From: Acetobacteraceae bacterium
GTDB lineage: Bacteria > Pseudomonadota > Alphaproteobacteria > Acetobacterales > Acetobacteraceae
Direction: 5' to 3'
NCBI GenBank assembly: GCA_021732665.1
Contig: JAKFUL010000006.1
Location: 37-64,036, forward strand
Length of the DNA: 64,000 nt
The position numbers and the translations under genes were made by a program. The notes beneath the pieces were generated by a model that did not search any database, had not been told where the DNA came from, and saw only the letters and a list, made by a program, of their open reading frames with translations. Numbering within the stretch: position 1 is the stretch's first letter; the number at the start of each line of letters is the position of its first letter. Of this stretch, positions 25,355 through 34,398 are shown in pieces.

Positions 25355-25749
25355 CCATCGTCGTCGACACCTCGGCCCTGGTCGCGGTGCTGCTGGCGGA
25401 GCCTGAGGCCGAAGCCTTCCTGGCGGTGATCGCGGACGCTGAAACGCTTCTGATGTCGGAGGTCAACCGCTACGAACTTGGCGTGGTGATGTTGCTCAGG
25501 CGGGGGCCGGCCGGGGCCGGGGAAGCGGATCGGCTGGTCACCGCGCCGGGGCTTGAGATCAGGCCCTTCGACGCGGCGCAATCGGCCGCAGCACTTGCCG
25601 CCTATACCCGCTACGGCAAGGGCCTTCACCCCCGGGCCAAGCTGAACCTGGGCGATTGCGCCGCCTATGCCCTGGCGACGACGCTGGGTGTGCCGCTGCT
25701 GTTCAAGGGCCAGGATTTCGCCGCCACCGATCTTTGCGCCGCCGTCTGA
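25351..25749 (+). CDS. vapC: VapC PIN-domain toxin
   Basis: VVDTSALVAVL, YGKG.HP, LNLGDCAAYALA, LLFKGQDF. Confidence 0.92.
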   Translation: MTIVVDTSALVAVLLAEPEAEAFLAVIADAETLLMSEVNRYELGVVMLLRRGPAGAGEADRLVTAPGLEIRPFDAAQSAAALAAYTRYGKGLHPRAKLNLGDCAAYALATTLGVPLLFKGQDFAATDLCAAV

Positions 25750-25758
25750 AGGACACCC

Positions 25759-27756
25759 CTACCCCGCCAACAACCCCAACCTTCGCAGCAACGCATCCGG
25801 GTCCGGCGCCCGCCCACGAAACTCGCGGTACAGCGCCATCGGGTCCCGCCCGTCGCCCGCCGCCAGCAACGCGCCCAGCCGCCCGGCCAAGGCCGGGTCG
25901 AAAGGATCCCCCGCTTCCTCAAACGCCGCATACCCATCCGAATCCAGCACCGCCGCCCATTGATAGGCGTAGTACCCCGCCGCGTATTGCCCGCCATTGG
26001 TAAAAACATGGCCGAAATGCCGGGCGCGGTGGCGAAAACCCACCGCCTCGGGCATGCCCAGCGCCTCGCCCAAAGCCTGCTCGAAACCGTCCAGCTCCAC
26101 ATCCCCGGCCGGCGCCAGGTGCAGCGCCAGGTCGAGCACCGCCGAGCCTGACAGCTCGGTCTGGGCAAAACCCTTGCCGAAGGTCGCCGAGGCGCGCAGC
26201 CGGGCCAGCAATTCCGCCGGAATGGGCGCGCCGGTCTCGACATGCCGGGCATGCGCCTCCAGCACCCCCGGCGCGGTCAGCCAATGCTCCATAATCTGGC
26301 TCGGCAGCTCGACGAAATCATGCCGCACATTGGTGCCGGATTGCGAAGGGTAGCGCGCGGTGGAGAGCAGCCCGTGCAGCGCATGGCCGAATTCATGGAA
26401 CAGCGTGCGCGCGTCATCCAGGCCAAGCAGCGTTGGGTTGCCGCGGGGGATGTTGTTGCAATTCAGCACCACCGGGATGCGGGCATCGCGGAACGCCTCG
26501 TGGTCCTGCAACGCGTTCATCCAGGCGCCGGATTTTTTGCCCGGCCGGACGAAATTGTCGACATAGAACAACCCGATCACCGCTTCGCCCCGCAGCACCT
26601 CATAGGCCCGAACATCGGGGTGCCAAACCGGCAGATCGGCCGGCACCAGCCGCACGCCGAACAGGCGATGGGCGACGTCGAAGGCGGCGGCGGTCAGGTT
26701 TTCCAGCGAGAGATAGGGTTTCAGCTCCGCCTCATCGAAACCCTGCTGCGTCTGCCGCAGGCGTTCCTCGTAGAAGCGCCAATCCCAGGGCTCGATGCTG
26801 TTGATGCCGTCCCGCGCCGCCAGCGCCGCCAGCCGCTCCTGGTCCGCCAGCACGGCAGTCCGGGCACCCTGCCAGATTCGGCCCAGGAAATCGCGCACCG
26901 CCTCGGGGCTGCCGGCCATGGTTTCCTCCAGGCGATAGGCGGCGAAATCGGGGTAGCCGAGCAGCCGGGCCTTTTCCTCGCGCAGCGCCAGTATTTTCTG
27001 GCCGGTCGGGCGGTTGTCGCGCGCCTCCTCGGCGCCGCGCGCGCTCCAGGCCTGGAACAGGGTACGGCGCAGCTCGCGGTCTTCGGAGAGTGCCAGGACG
27101 CTTTCAAAGGTAGAGCGGGAAAGGGTGAGGAGGTGGCCCTGCGTGCCGCGCTGGCGCGCCGCCTCGGCCAGGCTGGCGCGGGCATCCCCGGGCAGGCCGG
27201 TCAGGCGGTGTTCGGGCACGGGCAGGGTCCAGGCGGCCTCGGCCTCCTGGATGGTGCGACTGAAGCGGGCTTCCAGCTCGGCCATGCCCGCCTCGATCGC
27301 GGCCATGCGCTCGCGCCCCGCATCGTCCAGCCGCGCGCCGGCACGCACCAGGCCGCGCCAGGTGCTGTCCAGCAGGCGGGCCTGGTCTTCGTCGAGCGCC
27401 GGGTTTTGCGCACGCAGGGCGTCGATGCGGGCGAAGAGGCCGGGTTCGAGGAAGAGCCGCGCGCTGTCCTCGGCCAGGCGGGGCGAGTATTCGGCCTCCA
27501 GATCCTGCCAGGCCGGGTCCTCCAGGGTGGAGGCGAAATGGCCGAGCAGGTTGCGGGCACGGGCGAGCAGGCGGCCGCTGTCTTCCAGCGCCTCGATGGT
27601 GTTGGCGAAGCTCGGGGCTTCGGGGTTTTCGCGCAAGCGCCGATGCTCGGCGGCCCGCTCGGCCATGCCCTGTTCGAAGGCGGGGGGGAAATGCTCGGGG
27701 CGCAGGTGCTGGAAGGGGGGGGCGACGTGCTCGGCCAGGAGGGGGTTTTGGGGCAT
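25759..27756 (-). CDS. dcp: M3 family peptidyl-dipeptidase (Dcp-like)
   Basis: NPLL start, KKSGAWM, LFHEFGHALH, DFVELPSQ, YAAGYYAYQW. Confidence 0.88.
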   Translation of the reverse strand: MPQNPLLAEHVAPPFQHLRPEHFPPAFEQGMAERAAEHRRLRENPEAPSFANTIEALEDSGRLLARARNLLGHFASTLEDPAWQDLEAEYSPRLAEDSARLFLEPGLFARIDALRAQNPALDEDQARLLDSTWRGLVRAGARLDDAGRERMAAIEAGMAELEARFSRTIQEAEAAWTLPVPEHRLTGLPGDARASLAEAARQRGTQGHLLTLSRSTFESVLALSEDRELRRTLFQAWSARGAEEARDNRPTGQKILALREEKARLLGYPDFAAYRLEETMAGSPEAVRDFLGRIWQGARTAVLADQERLAALAARDGINSIEPWDWRFYEERLRQTQQGFDEAELKPYLSLENLTAAAFDVAHRLFGVRLVPADLPVWHPDVRAYEVLRGEAVIGLFYVDNFVRPGKKSGAWMNALQDHEAFRDARIPVVLNCNNIPRGNPTLLGLDDARTLFHEFGHALHGLLSTARYPSQSGTNVRHDFVELPSQIMEHWLTAPGVLEAHARHVETGAPIPAELLARLRASATFGKGFAQTELSGSAVLDLALHLAPAGDVELDGFEQALGEALGMPEAVGFRHRARHFGHVFTNGGQYAAGYYAYQWAAVLDSDGYAAFEEAGDPFDPALAGRLGALLAAGDGRDPMALYREFRGRAPDPDALLRRLGLLAG

Positions 27757-27872
27757 GCCGATCAACCTTGCTGAATAACGTCGCCACAGCCTATCCGAGC
27801 ATTGTCGGAAGATCGACCATCGCCGGCCCATGCGGCGAGGCGGCGCGGGGGTAACATGAAGGGCGGAGAGGT

Positions 27873-28322
27873 ATGGCGGAGGCGCTGATCCGGGAGGCGG
27901 TTGCGGCCGATCTCCATCCCCTGCTCGATCTGATGCGCCATCTCCACCCCGAGGATCCCGTGCTCGATCCCGACCGGGCGAGGAAGCTTTGGGCCAGCAT
28001 CATCCAGCACCGTTCGCCATTGGTCTTCCTGGCCGAGGAAGCCGGCTCAGTGGCAGCGAGTTGCACCCTGGCGATCATCCCGAACCTCACGCGGGGAGGC
28101 CGGCCCTTCGGGATCATCGAGAATGTGGTCACCCACCCCGCCCATCGCCGGCGGGGGTTGGGGCGGCGTGTGCTTGCCTTCGCCATGGACCGGGCCTGGG
28201 ACGAGAATTGCTACAAGATCATGCTCGCCACCGGATCGACGCGCGAGGGCACGCTGCGTTTCTACGAAACATGCGGGTTCACCCGCGGCGGCAAAACCTG
28301 CTTCGAGGCGCGTCGGCCCTGA
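27873..28322 (+). CDS. GNAT N-acetyltransferase
   Basis: IIPNLTRGGRPFGIIENVVTHPAHRRRGLG, CYKIML, FYETCGF. Confidence 0.9.
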   Translation: MAEALIREAVAADLHPLLDLMRHLHPEDPVLDPDRARKLWASIIQHRSPLVFLAEEAGSVAASCTLAIIPNLTRGGRPFGIIENVVTHPAHRRRGLGRRVLAFAMDRAWDENCYKIMLATGSTREGTLRFYETCGFTRGGKTCFEARRP

Positions 28323-28361
28323 TGCGCCGCGATCCGATCAATCCGCCCGAAAAGCCCGAGG

Positions 28362-28772
28362 ATGTCCTGGCGACAAGGCGATGAGGTGGATCGGCGAAAC
28401 AACCCTGTTGAATTTGGTGGTCCACTGAACCATAATCTCTGGAACAGGGACGACATCGCCTTCGACATCCTCGAGGACGCCACCGACGACCCTGTCGTGA
28501 CCCTCGCGGTGACCACACCCACGGCCAGGCTTGTGTTCATGGCGGAGCTGGTCATGGCCGGCCGGCTGCTCGCGGCCCGGCGCCTGCATGCCCAGGGCGG
28601 CGGGCCGCAATCCGTGGGCTGGGCGAATCTTCGGCTTCTGGCCGATGTCTTGATGGAAAGGATGGCACTCGATGGACTCGTTGTTGAACGAGCGTTTCGC
28701 ACGACTGGGGCCCATTCAGGCCGTGCGCCAAAACCCCTCCGGTTCACGCGCCGTCGTGGTTCTGCGCCCTGA
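28362..28772 (+). CDS. Hypothetical protein, candidate toxin (start codon uncertain)
   Basis: Globular alpha/beta-looking sequence from WNRDDIAFDIL to RTTGAHSGRAPKPLRF; upstream of and overlapping an HTH gene. Confidence 0.55.
   Translation: MSWRQGDEVDRRNNPVEFGGPLNHNLWNRDDIAFDILEDATDDPVVTLAVTTPTARLVFMAELVMAGRLLAARRLHAQGGGPQSVGWANLRLLADVLMERMALDGLVVERAFRTTGAHSGRAPKPLRFTRRRGSAP
28408..28436 (+). promoter_or_regulatory. sigma70-type promoter with palindromic operator
   Basis: TTGAAT (28408-13), 17-bp spacer, CATAAT (28431-36); imperfect palindrome TGGTCCACTGAACCA at 28418-28432. Confidence 0.6.
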
Positions 28773-29178
28773 CCGCCCTGCCGAAGAAATCCTCACCATT
28801 GACGCCACCCTGGCCCTGGCCCGGCGGGGTGCCAGCATGCTGCGGGCCAAGCGGGCGCTGGAGGCGGTGCTGGAGCGCGGTTTCGCGGTGCTCGACCTGC
28901 CCCTTGTCGAGGATACCAAGGCGTTGCGCGATGAGTTGGAACAGGCCGGTATCGCCTCCAAACTGGTGGCCGCGCCCCGGCCCGTGGACCTCGCGGCCCT
29001 GCGCCAGCGCCTGCACATGACGCGCGAGCAATTCGCCCTGGCCTATGGCCTGGACCCCGAAACCCTGCGCAACTGGGAGGCCGGGCGGCGCGACCCCGGG
29101 CCTGCCCGCGCCTATCTCCAGGCCATCGAGAATGATCCGGAGGGCGTGCTGAACGCCTACACAGGAGCCAAGCCATGA
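28672..29178 (+). CDS. XRE/HigA-like HTH protein with an extra N-terminal domain, candidate antitoxin
   Basis: C-terminal LRQRLHMTREQFALAYGLDPETLRNWEAGRRDP..ARAYLQAIENDPEGV. Confidence 0.85.
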   Translation: MDSLLNERFARLGPIQAVRQNPSGSRAVVVLRPDRPAEEILTIDATLALARRGASMLRAKRALEAVLERGFAVLDLPLVEDTKALRDELEQAGIASKLVAAPRPVDLAALRQRLHMTREQFALAYGLDPETLRNWEAGRRDPGPARAYLQAIENDPEGVLNAYTGAKP

Positions 29179-29477
29179 CCCGCGAAGACCTCACCGCCTG
29201 GGCGCTTTCCACCGGCTGGCGCGTCATCGGCGGCCATCCCAGCCTGTCCAAGCCGCAAAAGCCGGGGGACGCCATCGTCCGCCTCAACTGCAAGGCGACC
29301 GTGGTGAACGTCGAAATCCGCAAGCCATCCGGCAAGTGGGAAAAGGTGTCGGGCGCCAATTACCCCGCCATCACCGCCGGCGAGGATGGCGGCCCGCCGC
29401 AGGGGCTGGGGCTGGACCGCATCCCCAGCCTGGGGCGCCTCATGCAGGATAATCGCGACGCGATGGTGTTTCGCTGA
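29175..29477 (+). CDS. Hypothetical protein
   Basis: 100-aa ORF, AGGAG RBS, ATGA overlap with HTH gene, host-like codon usage. Confidence 0.75.
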   Translation: MTREDLTAWALSTGWRVIGGHPSLSKPQKPGDAIVRLNCKATVVNVEIRKPSGKWEKVSGANYPAITAGEDGGPPQGLGLDRIPSLGRLMQDNRDAMVFR

Positions 29478-29519
29478 GCCGCGTTGACCTCGCCCCCCCC
29501 ATGCGCCATGCCCCCCTCC

Positions 29520-31130
29520 ATGACCGCCGACCCCGAACTCCGCACGCAAAAAGCCTGGCCCATCGAGGAAGCCGCCAAACTGGCCGACCGCCTGGCCGCC
29601 GCCGGCAAGACACATGCGCTGTTCGAAACCGGCTATGGCCCCTCCGGCCTGCCGCATATCGGCACCTTCGGCGAGGTCGCGCGGACGTCCTGGGTCCGCC
29701 ACGCTTTTTCGGCCCTCACCGGCCTGCCCTCCCGCCTGCTCGCCTTCAGCGATGACATGGACGGGCTGCGCAAGGCACCGGACAATGTCCCGAACCGCGA
29801 TCTTCTGCTGGCCAATCTGGGCAAGCCGCTGACCAAAATCCCCGACCCCTTCGGCACCCATTCCAGCTTCGGCGCGCACAACAATGCGCGGCTGCGGGCG
29901 TTTCTCGACGCTTTCGGCTTCGAGTACGAATTCGCCTCCAGCACCGATTACTACACCCAGGGGCGCTTCGATCAGGCGCTGCTGCGCATGGCGCAATGCC
30001 ATGAAGAAATCCGCGCCATCATCCTCCCCACCCTGGGGCCGGACCGCCGCGCCACCTATTCCCCCTTCCTGCCCATCCATCCCGCCACCGGCGTGGTCAT
30101 GCAGGTGCCGATGGAGGAGGTGCGGGCCGATGGGACACTGGTCTGGAAGGATGAGGAGGGCCGGCGTTTTGAAACCCCCGTCACCGCCGGGCATTGCAAG
30201 GCGCAGTGGAAGGCCGATTGGGCTCTTCGCTGGTACGCGCTGGGAGTGGATTACGAGATGTCCGGCAAGGACCTGATCGACAGCGTCCGGCTCTCCTCCG
30301 CCATCTGCCGCGCGCTGGGGGCCGAGCCGCCGCTGAACCTGACCTATGAGCTGTTCCTGGACGAAACCGGCCAGAAGATCAGCAAGTCCAAGGGCAATGG
30401 GCTGACCATCGATGAATGGCTGCGCTATGCCCCGCCGGAATCCCTCGGCCAGTTCATGTACAACCAGCCGACGCGGGCCAAGCGGCTGTATTTCGATGTG
30501 ATCCCGCGCGCGGTGGATGAGTATCTGCAGAATGTCGAGCGCGGCCACGCCACGCCCATGCCGGAAAAAGCCGCCAACCCCGCCTGGCACATCCATGCCG
30601 GCCATATCCCGCAATCCGCCCACAGCCCGCTGTCGTTCCAGACGCTGCTCAACCTCGCCGCCGTGAGTGCGGCCGAAACGCCGGCCGATCTCTGGGCCTT
30701 CGTGCGCAACTACGCGCCCGATACCTCGCCCGAGAGCCACCCCTTCCTCGACACGCTGGTCGCCCGCGCGGTCGCCTATTGCGAGGATTTCGTCCGCCCG
30801 CACCTCAGGCCGCGCGCCGCCACGGCCGACGAGCGCGCGGGGCTGGAGGATCTCACCCTCCGGCTGGAGGCGAATGCGCCGGCCATCGATGCCATGGCCC
30901 CGGGGGCCGAGCGCGCGAAGGCCATCCAGGACATCATCTACGATGCCGGAAGGCGCGAACCCTTCGCCGTGCCGAACAAGGATGGCTCCATGGGCGTGGG
31001 CCGCGCCTGGTTCAACGCGCTCTATCAGGTGCTGCTCGGCGCCGATGAGGGGCCGCGCTTCGGCTCGGTCGTCGCGGCCTACGGCATCGTGCGCAGCATC
31101 GCGGTCATCCGGGCGGCGCTGACGCGGTGA
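29520..31130 (+). CDS. lysS: Lysine--tRNA ligase, class I
   Basis: [15 protein letters not shown] (HIGH-like), KISKSKGNG (KMSKS-like), GPRFGS. Confidence 0.95.
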   Translation: MTADPELRTQKAWPIEEAAKLADRLAAAGKTHALFETGYGPSGLPHIGTFGEVARTSWVRHAFSALTGLPSRLLAFSDDMDGLRKAPDNVPNRDLLLANLGKPLTKIPDPFGTHSSFGAHNNARLRAFLDAFGFEYEFASSTDYYTQGRFDQALLRMAQCHEEIRAIILPTLGPDRRATYSPFLPIHPATGVVMQVPMEEVRADGTLVWKDEEGRRFETPVTAGHCKAQWKADWALRWYALGVDYEMSGKDLIDSVRLSSAICRALGAEPPLNLTYELFLDETGQKISKSKGNGLTIDEWLRYAPPESLGQFMYNQPTRAKRLYFDVIPRAVDEYLQNVERGHATPMPEKAANPAWHIHAGHIPQSAHSPLSFQTLLNLAAVSAAETPADLWAFVRNYAPDTSPESHPFLDTLVARAVAYCEDFVRPHLRPRAATADERAGLEDLTLRLEANAPAIDAMAPGAERAKAIQDIIYDAGRREPFAVPNKDGSMGVGRAWFNALYQVLLGADEGPRFGSVVAAYGIVRSIAVIRAALTR

Positions 31131-33034
31131 TCGGCTTCCTGAAGCGGTTTGGCCCCACCATCTTCGGCCTCGCCCTGCTGGCGGGCGCCATCTATGTGGT
31201 GCAGCGGGAATTCCGCAGCCTCTCGGTGGCCCAGGTGCGCGAGGCGATGGGCGCCATCTCGCACCAGGCGCTGTGGGTGGCGGCTGGGTTCACCCTGCTC
31301 GCCTATGCCGTGCTCGCGGTCTACGACAAGCTGGGCTCGATCTATGCCGGCAAGCCGGCGAGCTGGGCGCGTTCGCTGATGGCCAGCTTTTGCGGCTATT
31401 CCCTGGCGCATAACCTGGGCTTTGCCGCGGTCTCCGGCGCCGCTGTGCGGTTCCGCTTCTATTCCGCCTGGAACTACACGCCGGTCGAGATCGCCAAGGT
31501 CATCGGCTTCACCTCGCTCACCTTCGGGTTGGGCGGCATGGCGCTGGCCGGCCTCGTGCTGCTGGTGGAGCCCGAGGTCATCCCCTGGTTCGGCGCGCAC
31601 ACGCCGCGCTGGGTGTTGCAGGCCTTCGCCATCCCGCTCTGGGGCATGGTGATCGCTTATGTGGTGCTGAGCAGGTTCTTCCGCACCCTGAAACTGTTCG
31701 GCCATGAGGTGGAGTTGCCGGGGCTGAAGATGGCGCTGGCGCAGACGGCGCTGGCGACCGTGGATGTCGCCGTCACCGCCGCCATCTTCTACGCCCTGCT
31801 GCCGGCGGCCGAGGGGCTGACCTTCGTGCGCTTCGTCGGCATTTATCTGGCGGCTTACGCACTGGGAATTTTCGCCTCCGTGCCTGGGGGGCTCGGCGTC
31901 TTCGACAGCGCCATCCTGATCGGGCTATCGCCCTATATGGGCGCGGCCGAGGTGATAGGCGCGCTGCTGGTCTTCCGGCTCTACTACTACATCATCCCAT
32001 TGTTCATCGCCGGCGCGCTCTTCGCATGGTTCGAGCTGAGCCAGCGCGGGCTGGTTCTGCCGCGCTTCACCGCCGTCTCGCGCGGCGCCGAGGCGCTGGA
32101 GGCACCGGCCATGGCCGGGCTCGTCGCGCTGTGCGGCGCGCTGCTGATCTTTATCGGGGCGCTGCCGGCCTCGGGCGGGCTGATGGTGATCTGGGGCAGC
32201 TATTCACTGGCCGCGGCCTCGCAATTCGCGGCCTCCGTCTGTGGCTCGCTGCTGCTGGTGCTGGCCTATGGGCTGGCGCGCCGGCTGACCATTGCCTGGG
32301 TGATGGCCGTCGTCTTCCTGTTGCTGGGCGGGTTGACGGTGTGGCTGCGCGGGGAGGATTGGTATGCCTGGATCCCCTTCCCCGCCGTGGCCACGCTGCT
32401 GGCGACGATGCGCCCGGCCTTCTACCGCCGCTCCCGCCTCTGGGCCGAGCCCCTGAGCCAGGACGCGCTGGTGCCGCTGGCCGCCGTGGCTGTGTGCGGG
32501 TTGACGCTGGCGCTGGTGGGCCACCGCACCGAGGTGCAGGACAGCTCCTGGTGGGAATTCGTCTTCGAGGACGCGGCACCGGACGCGCTGCGCTTCACCG
32601 TGGGGCTGACCGCGGTGTTGCTGCTGGTGGGCCTGGCCCGGCTGCTGCGCCCCGCGCGCATCCGCAGGCTGCCCTATGACGAGGCCGGCCGCGCCATGCT
32701 CGGCGCCTGGGGCGGCGTGGTGCCGGAGGCGGCCGATGGGCTGGTGCTGGGCGAGGCCGGGCGGGCCGGCATGGCCTTCACCCGCCGCCCGCCGATCTGG
32801 CTGGCGCATGGCGACCCTTCGGGCGATCTGGCGGACAGGGTGAGCGCGATCTGGCGATTTCGCGATGCCTGCGAGCGGGCGGGGGTGCGGCCGGCGTTTT
32901 GGGATGTCGGGCCGGAATGGTTGCGGATCTACGCCGATATCGGGCTGACGGCGGTGCCGATGCCGGGCAAGCCGGGCCGGTTCATCGCCTGCCGGGCGGA
33001 GGCGGATTTGGACCGGCTGCTCGCCCTGGCGTAG
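31127..33034 (+). CDS. MprF-like lysylphosphatidylglycerol flippase/synthase-domain protein, short C-terminus
   Basis: [29 protein letters not shown], many TM helices, GDPSG and YADIGL of the cytosolic domain. Confidence 0.8.
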   Translation: MIGFLKRFGPTIFGLALLAGAIYVVQREFRSLSVAQVREAMGAISHQALWVAAGFTLLAYAVLAVYDKLGSIYAGKPASWARSLMASFCGYSLAHNLGFAAVSGAAVRFRFYSAWNYTPVEIAKVIGFTSLTFGLGGMALAGLVLLVEPEVIPWFGAHTPRWVLQAFAIPLWGMVIAYVVLSRFFRTLKLFGHEVELPGLKMALAQTALATVDVAVTAAIFYALLPAAEGLTFVRFVGIYLAAYALGIFASVPGGLGVFDSAILIGLSPYMGAAEVIGALLVFRLYYYIIPLFIAGALFAWFELSQRGLVLPRFTAVSRGAEALEAPAMAGLVALCGALLIFIGALPASGGLMVIWGSYSLAAASQFAASVCGSLLLVLAYGLARRLTIAWVMAVVFLLLGGLTVWLRGEDWYAWIPFPAVATLLATMRPAFYRRSRLWAEPLSQDALVPLAAVAVCGLTLALVGHRTEVQDSSWWEFVFEDAAPDALRFTVGLTAVLLLVGLARLLRPARIRRLPYDEAGRAMLGAWGGVVPEAADGLVLGEAGRAGMAFTRRPPIWLAHGDPSGDLADRVSAIWRFRDACERAGVRPAFWDVGPEWLRIYADIGLTAVPMPGKPGRFIACRAEADLDRLLALA

Positions 33035-33043
33035 AGTGGGGGG

Positions 33044-33994
33044 ATGCAACGTCGCGCCCTTCTGGCCAGCCTTCTGGCCACCCCCGCTCTCGCTCAGACC
33101 TTCCCCGCGCGCACCATCCGCGTGGTGGTGCCCTTCGCCGCCGGCGGCGCCGCCGACAGCGCGGCGCGCGCCATTTTCCCCCGCGTTTCCGAGCGCCTGG
33201 GCCAGCCTGTGGTGGTGGAAAACCGCACCGGCGCCTCCGGCTCGCTCGGCGGCTATGAGGTGGCCCGCGCCGCACCCGATGGGCACACGCTGCTGCTCGA
33301 TGCCAGCTCGCACCTCGTCAACCCGCATGTCATGCGCGCCCTGCCCTTCGACTACACCACCGCCTTCGCTCCGATCAGCCAACTCGTGACCTTCCCGCAG
33401 GTGCTGGCGGTGAAGAGCGATCTGCCGGCGCAGTCGGTGGGGGAGTTCATTGCCCTGGCACGCTCGCGCCCCGGCACGCTCTCGGTCGGCACCCAGGGCA
33501 ATGCCACGGCGGGGCATCTGGGCCTGGTGCAATTCGCCCGGGCGGCGGGCATCGAGGTGACGCATGCGCCCTATCGCGGCGGCGCGGATGCGGCGCGCGA
33601 TCTCGCGGCCGGGGCGCTGGACGCCGTCTTCATCACCATGCTTTCGGCAAGGCCGATCGTGGATAGCGGCCGCGCCCGCTTCCTGGCCGTGGCGAACGCC
33701 AACCGCACCACACTCCGGCCGCTGGTGCCCACCTTCGCCGAGGCTGGGCTGCCTGGTGTGGCGATTTCGGAATGAGCGAGCCTCTTCGCCCCCGCCGGCA
33801 CGCCGGATGCGGTGCTGCTCTCGATCTTCGGCGCGGTGCGCGAATCGCTGGGCCTGACCGAGCTGCGCGAGCGGCTGGCCGGCCTGGGCGCCGAGCCGGT
33901 GGGCAGCACCCCGGAGGTTTTTTCGCGGTTTGTCACCGAGGGGCGGGCGGAAATGGCCCGGGTGGTGCGGGAAGCGAATATTCGTCTTGAATAG
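33044..33994 (+). pseudogene. Bug/TctC tripartite tricarboxylate receptor interrupted by an in-frame TGA
   Basis: VVPFAAGG, VVENRTGASG, PYRGG; TGA at 33773-33775, then the same frame continues ASLFAPAGTPDAV...VVREANIRLE. Confidence 0.8.
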
Positions 33995-34391
33995 GCGCGA
34001 ATTTCTCGCGGTGGCGGCAAGCGGCGCGGCGCCGGAGGAGTTTTCCGCACTCCCCGGTCAGCCCGTGCTGGCGCTGGCGGTGCACCCGGCGGTGTTCCCG
34101 CGGCTGCGGGTGATGTCGGCCGGGCGGCAGCGGGTGGTCAGCGACACTTTGCGCGGGCGCGGCCCGCCGCTGGGCTGGCACGAGGGCTGGCTGCATGGCT
34201 GGGCCGGCACCGAGGAGGCGCGGGTCTTCCTGGGTTATGACCCCGCGGCCGAGCAATTGGCGCTCATGTTGTGGCAGGACGGCCGGCCCAGCCTCTTCGT
34301 GCCGCCGCGCTTCGCGCCATGGCCGGAGGCGCTGCGGGTGCCGCTGCGCGGCTTCAATCCGGAGCTGGAGGCGCAGATGCGCTGGGGGTGA
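33987..34391 (+). CDS. Hypothetical protein with a Tat-like N-terminus
   Basis: TTG start giving NRREFLAVAA; overlaps upstream stop; host-like codon usage. Confidence 0.6.
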   Translation: MNRREFLAVAASGAAPEEFSALPGQPVLALAVHPAVFPRLRVMSAGRQRVVSDTLRGRGPPLGWHEGWLHGWAGTEEARVFLGYDPAAEQLALMLWQDGRPSLFVPPRFAPWPEALRVPLRGFNPELEAQMRWG

Positions 34392-34398
34392 CGGCCCC

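Noticed and set aside
29520-31130. Class I LysRS, fused SecDF and VapBC as novelties
   Set aside because: All are well known in Alphaproteobacteria
33773-33775. TGA as selenocysteine or an alternative genetic code
   Set aside because: The position is a conserved Trp, not Cys; TGA terminates many other genes here
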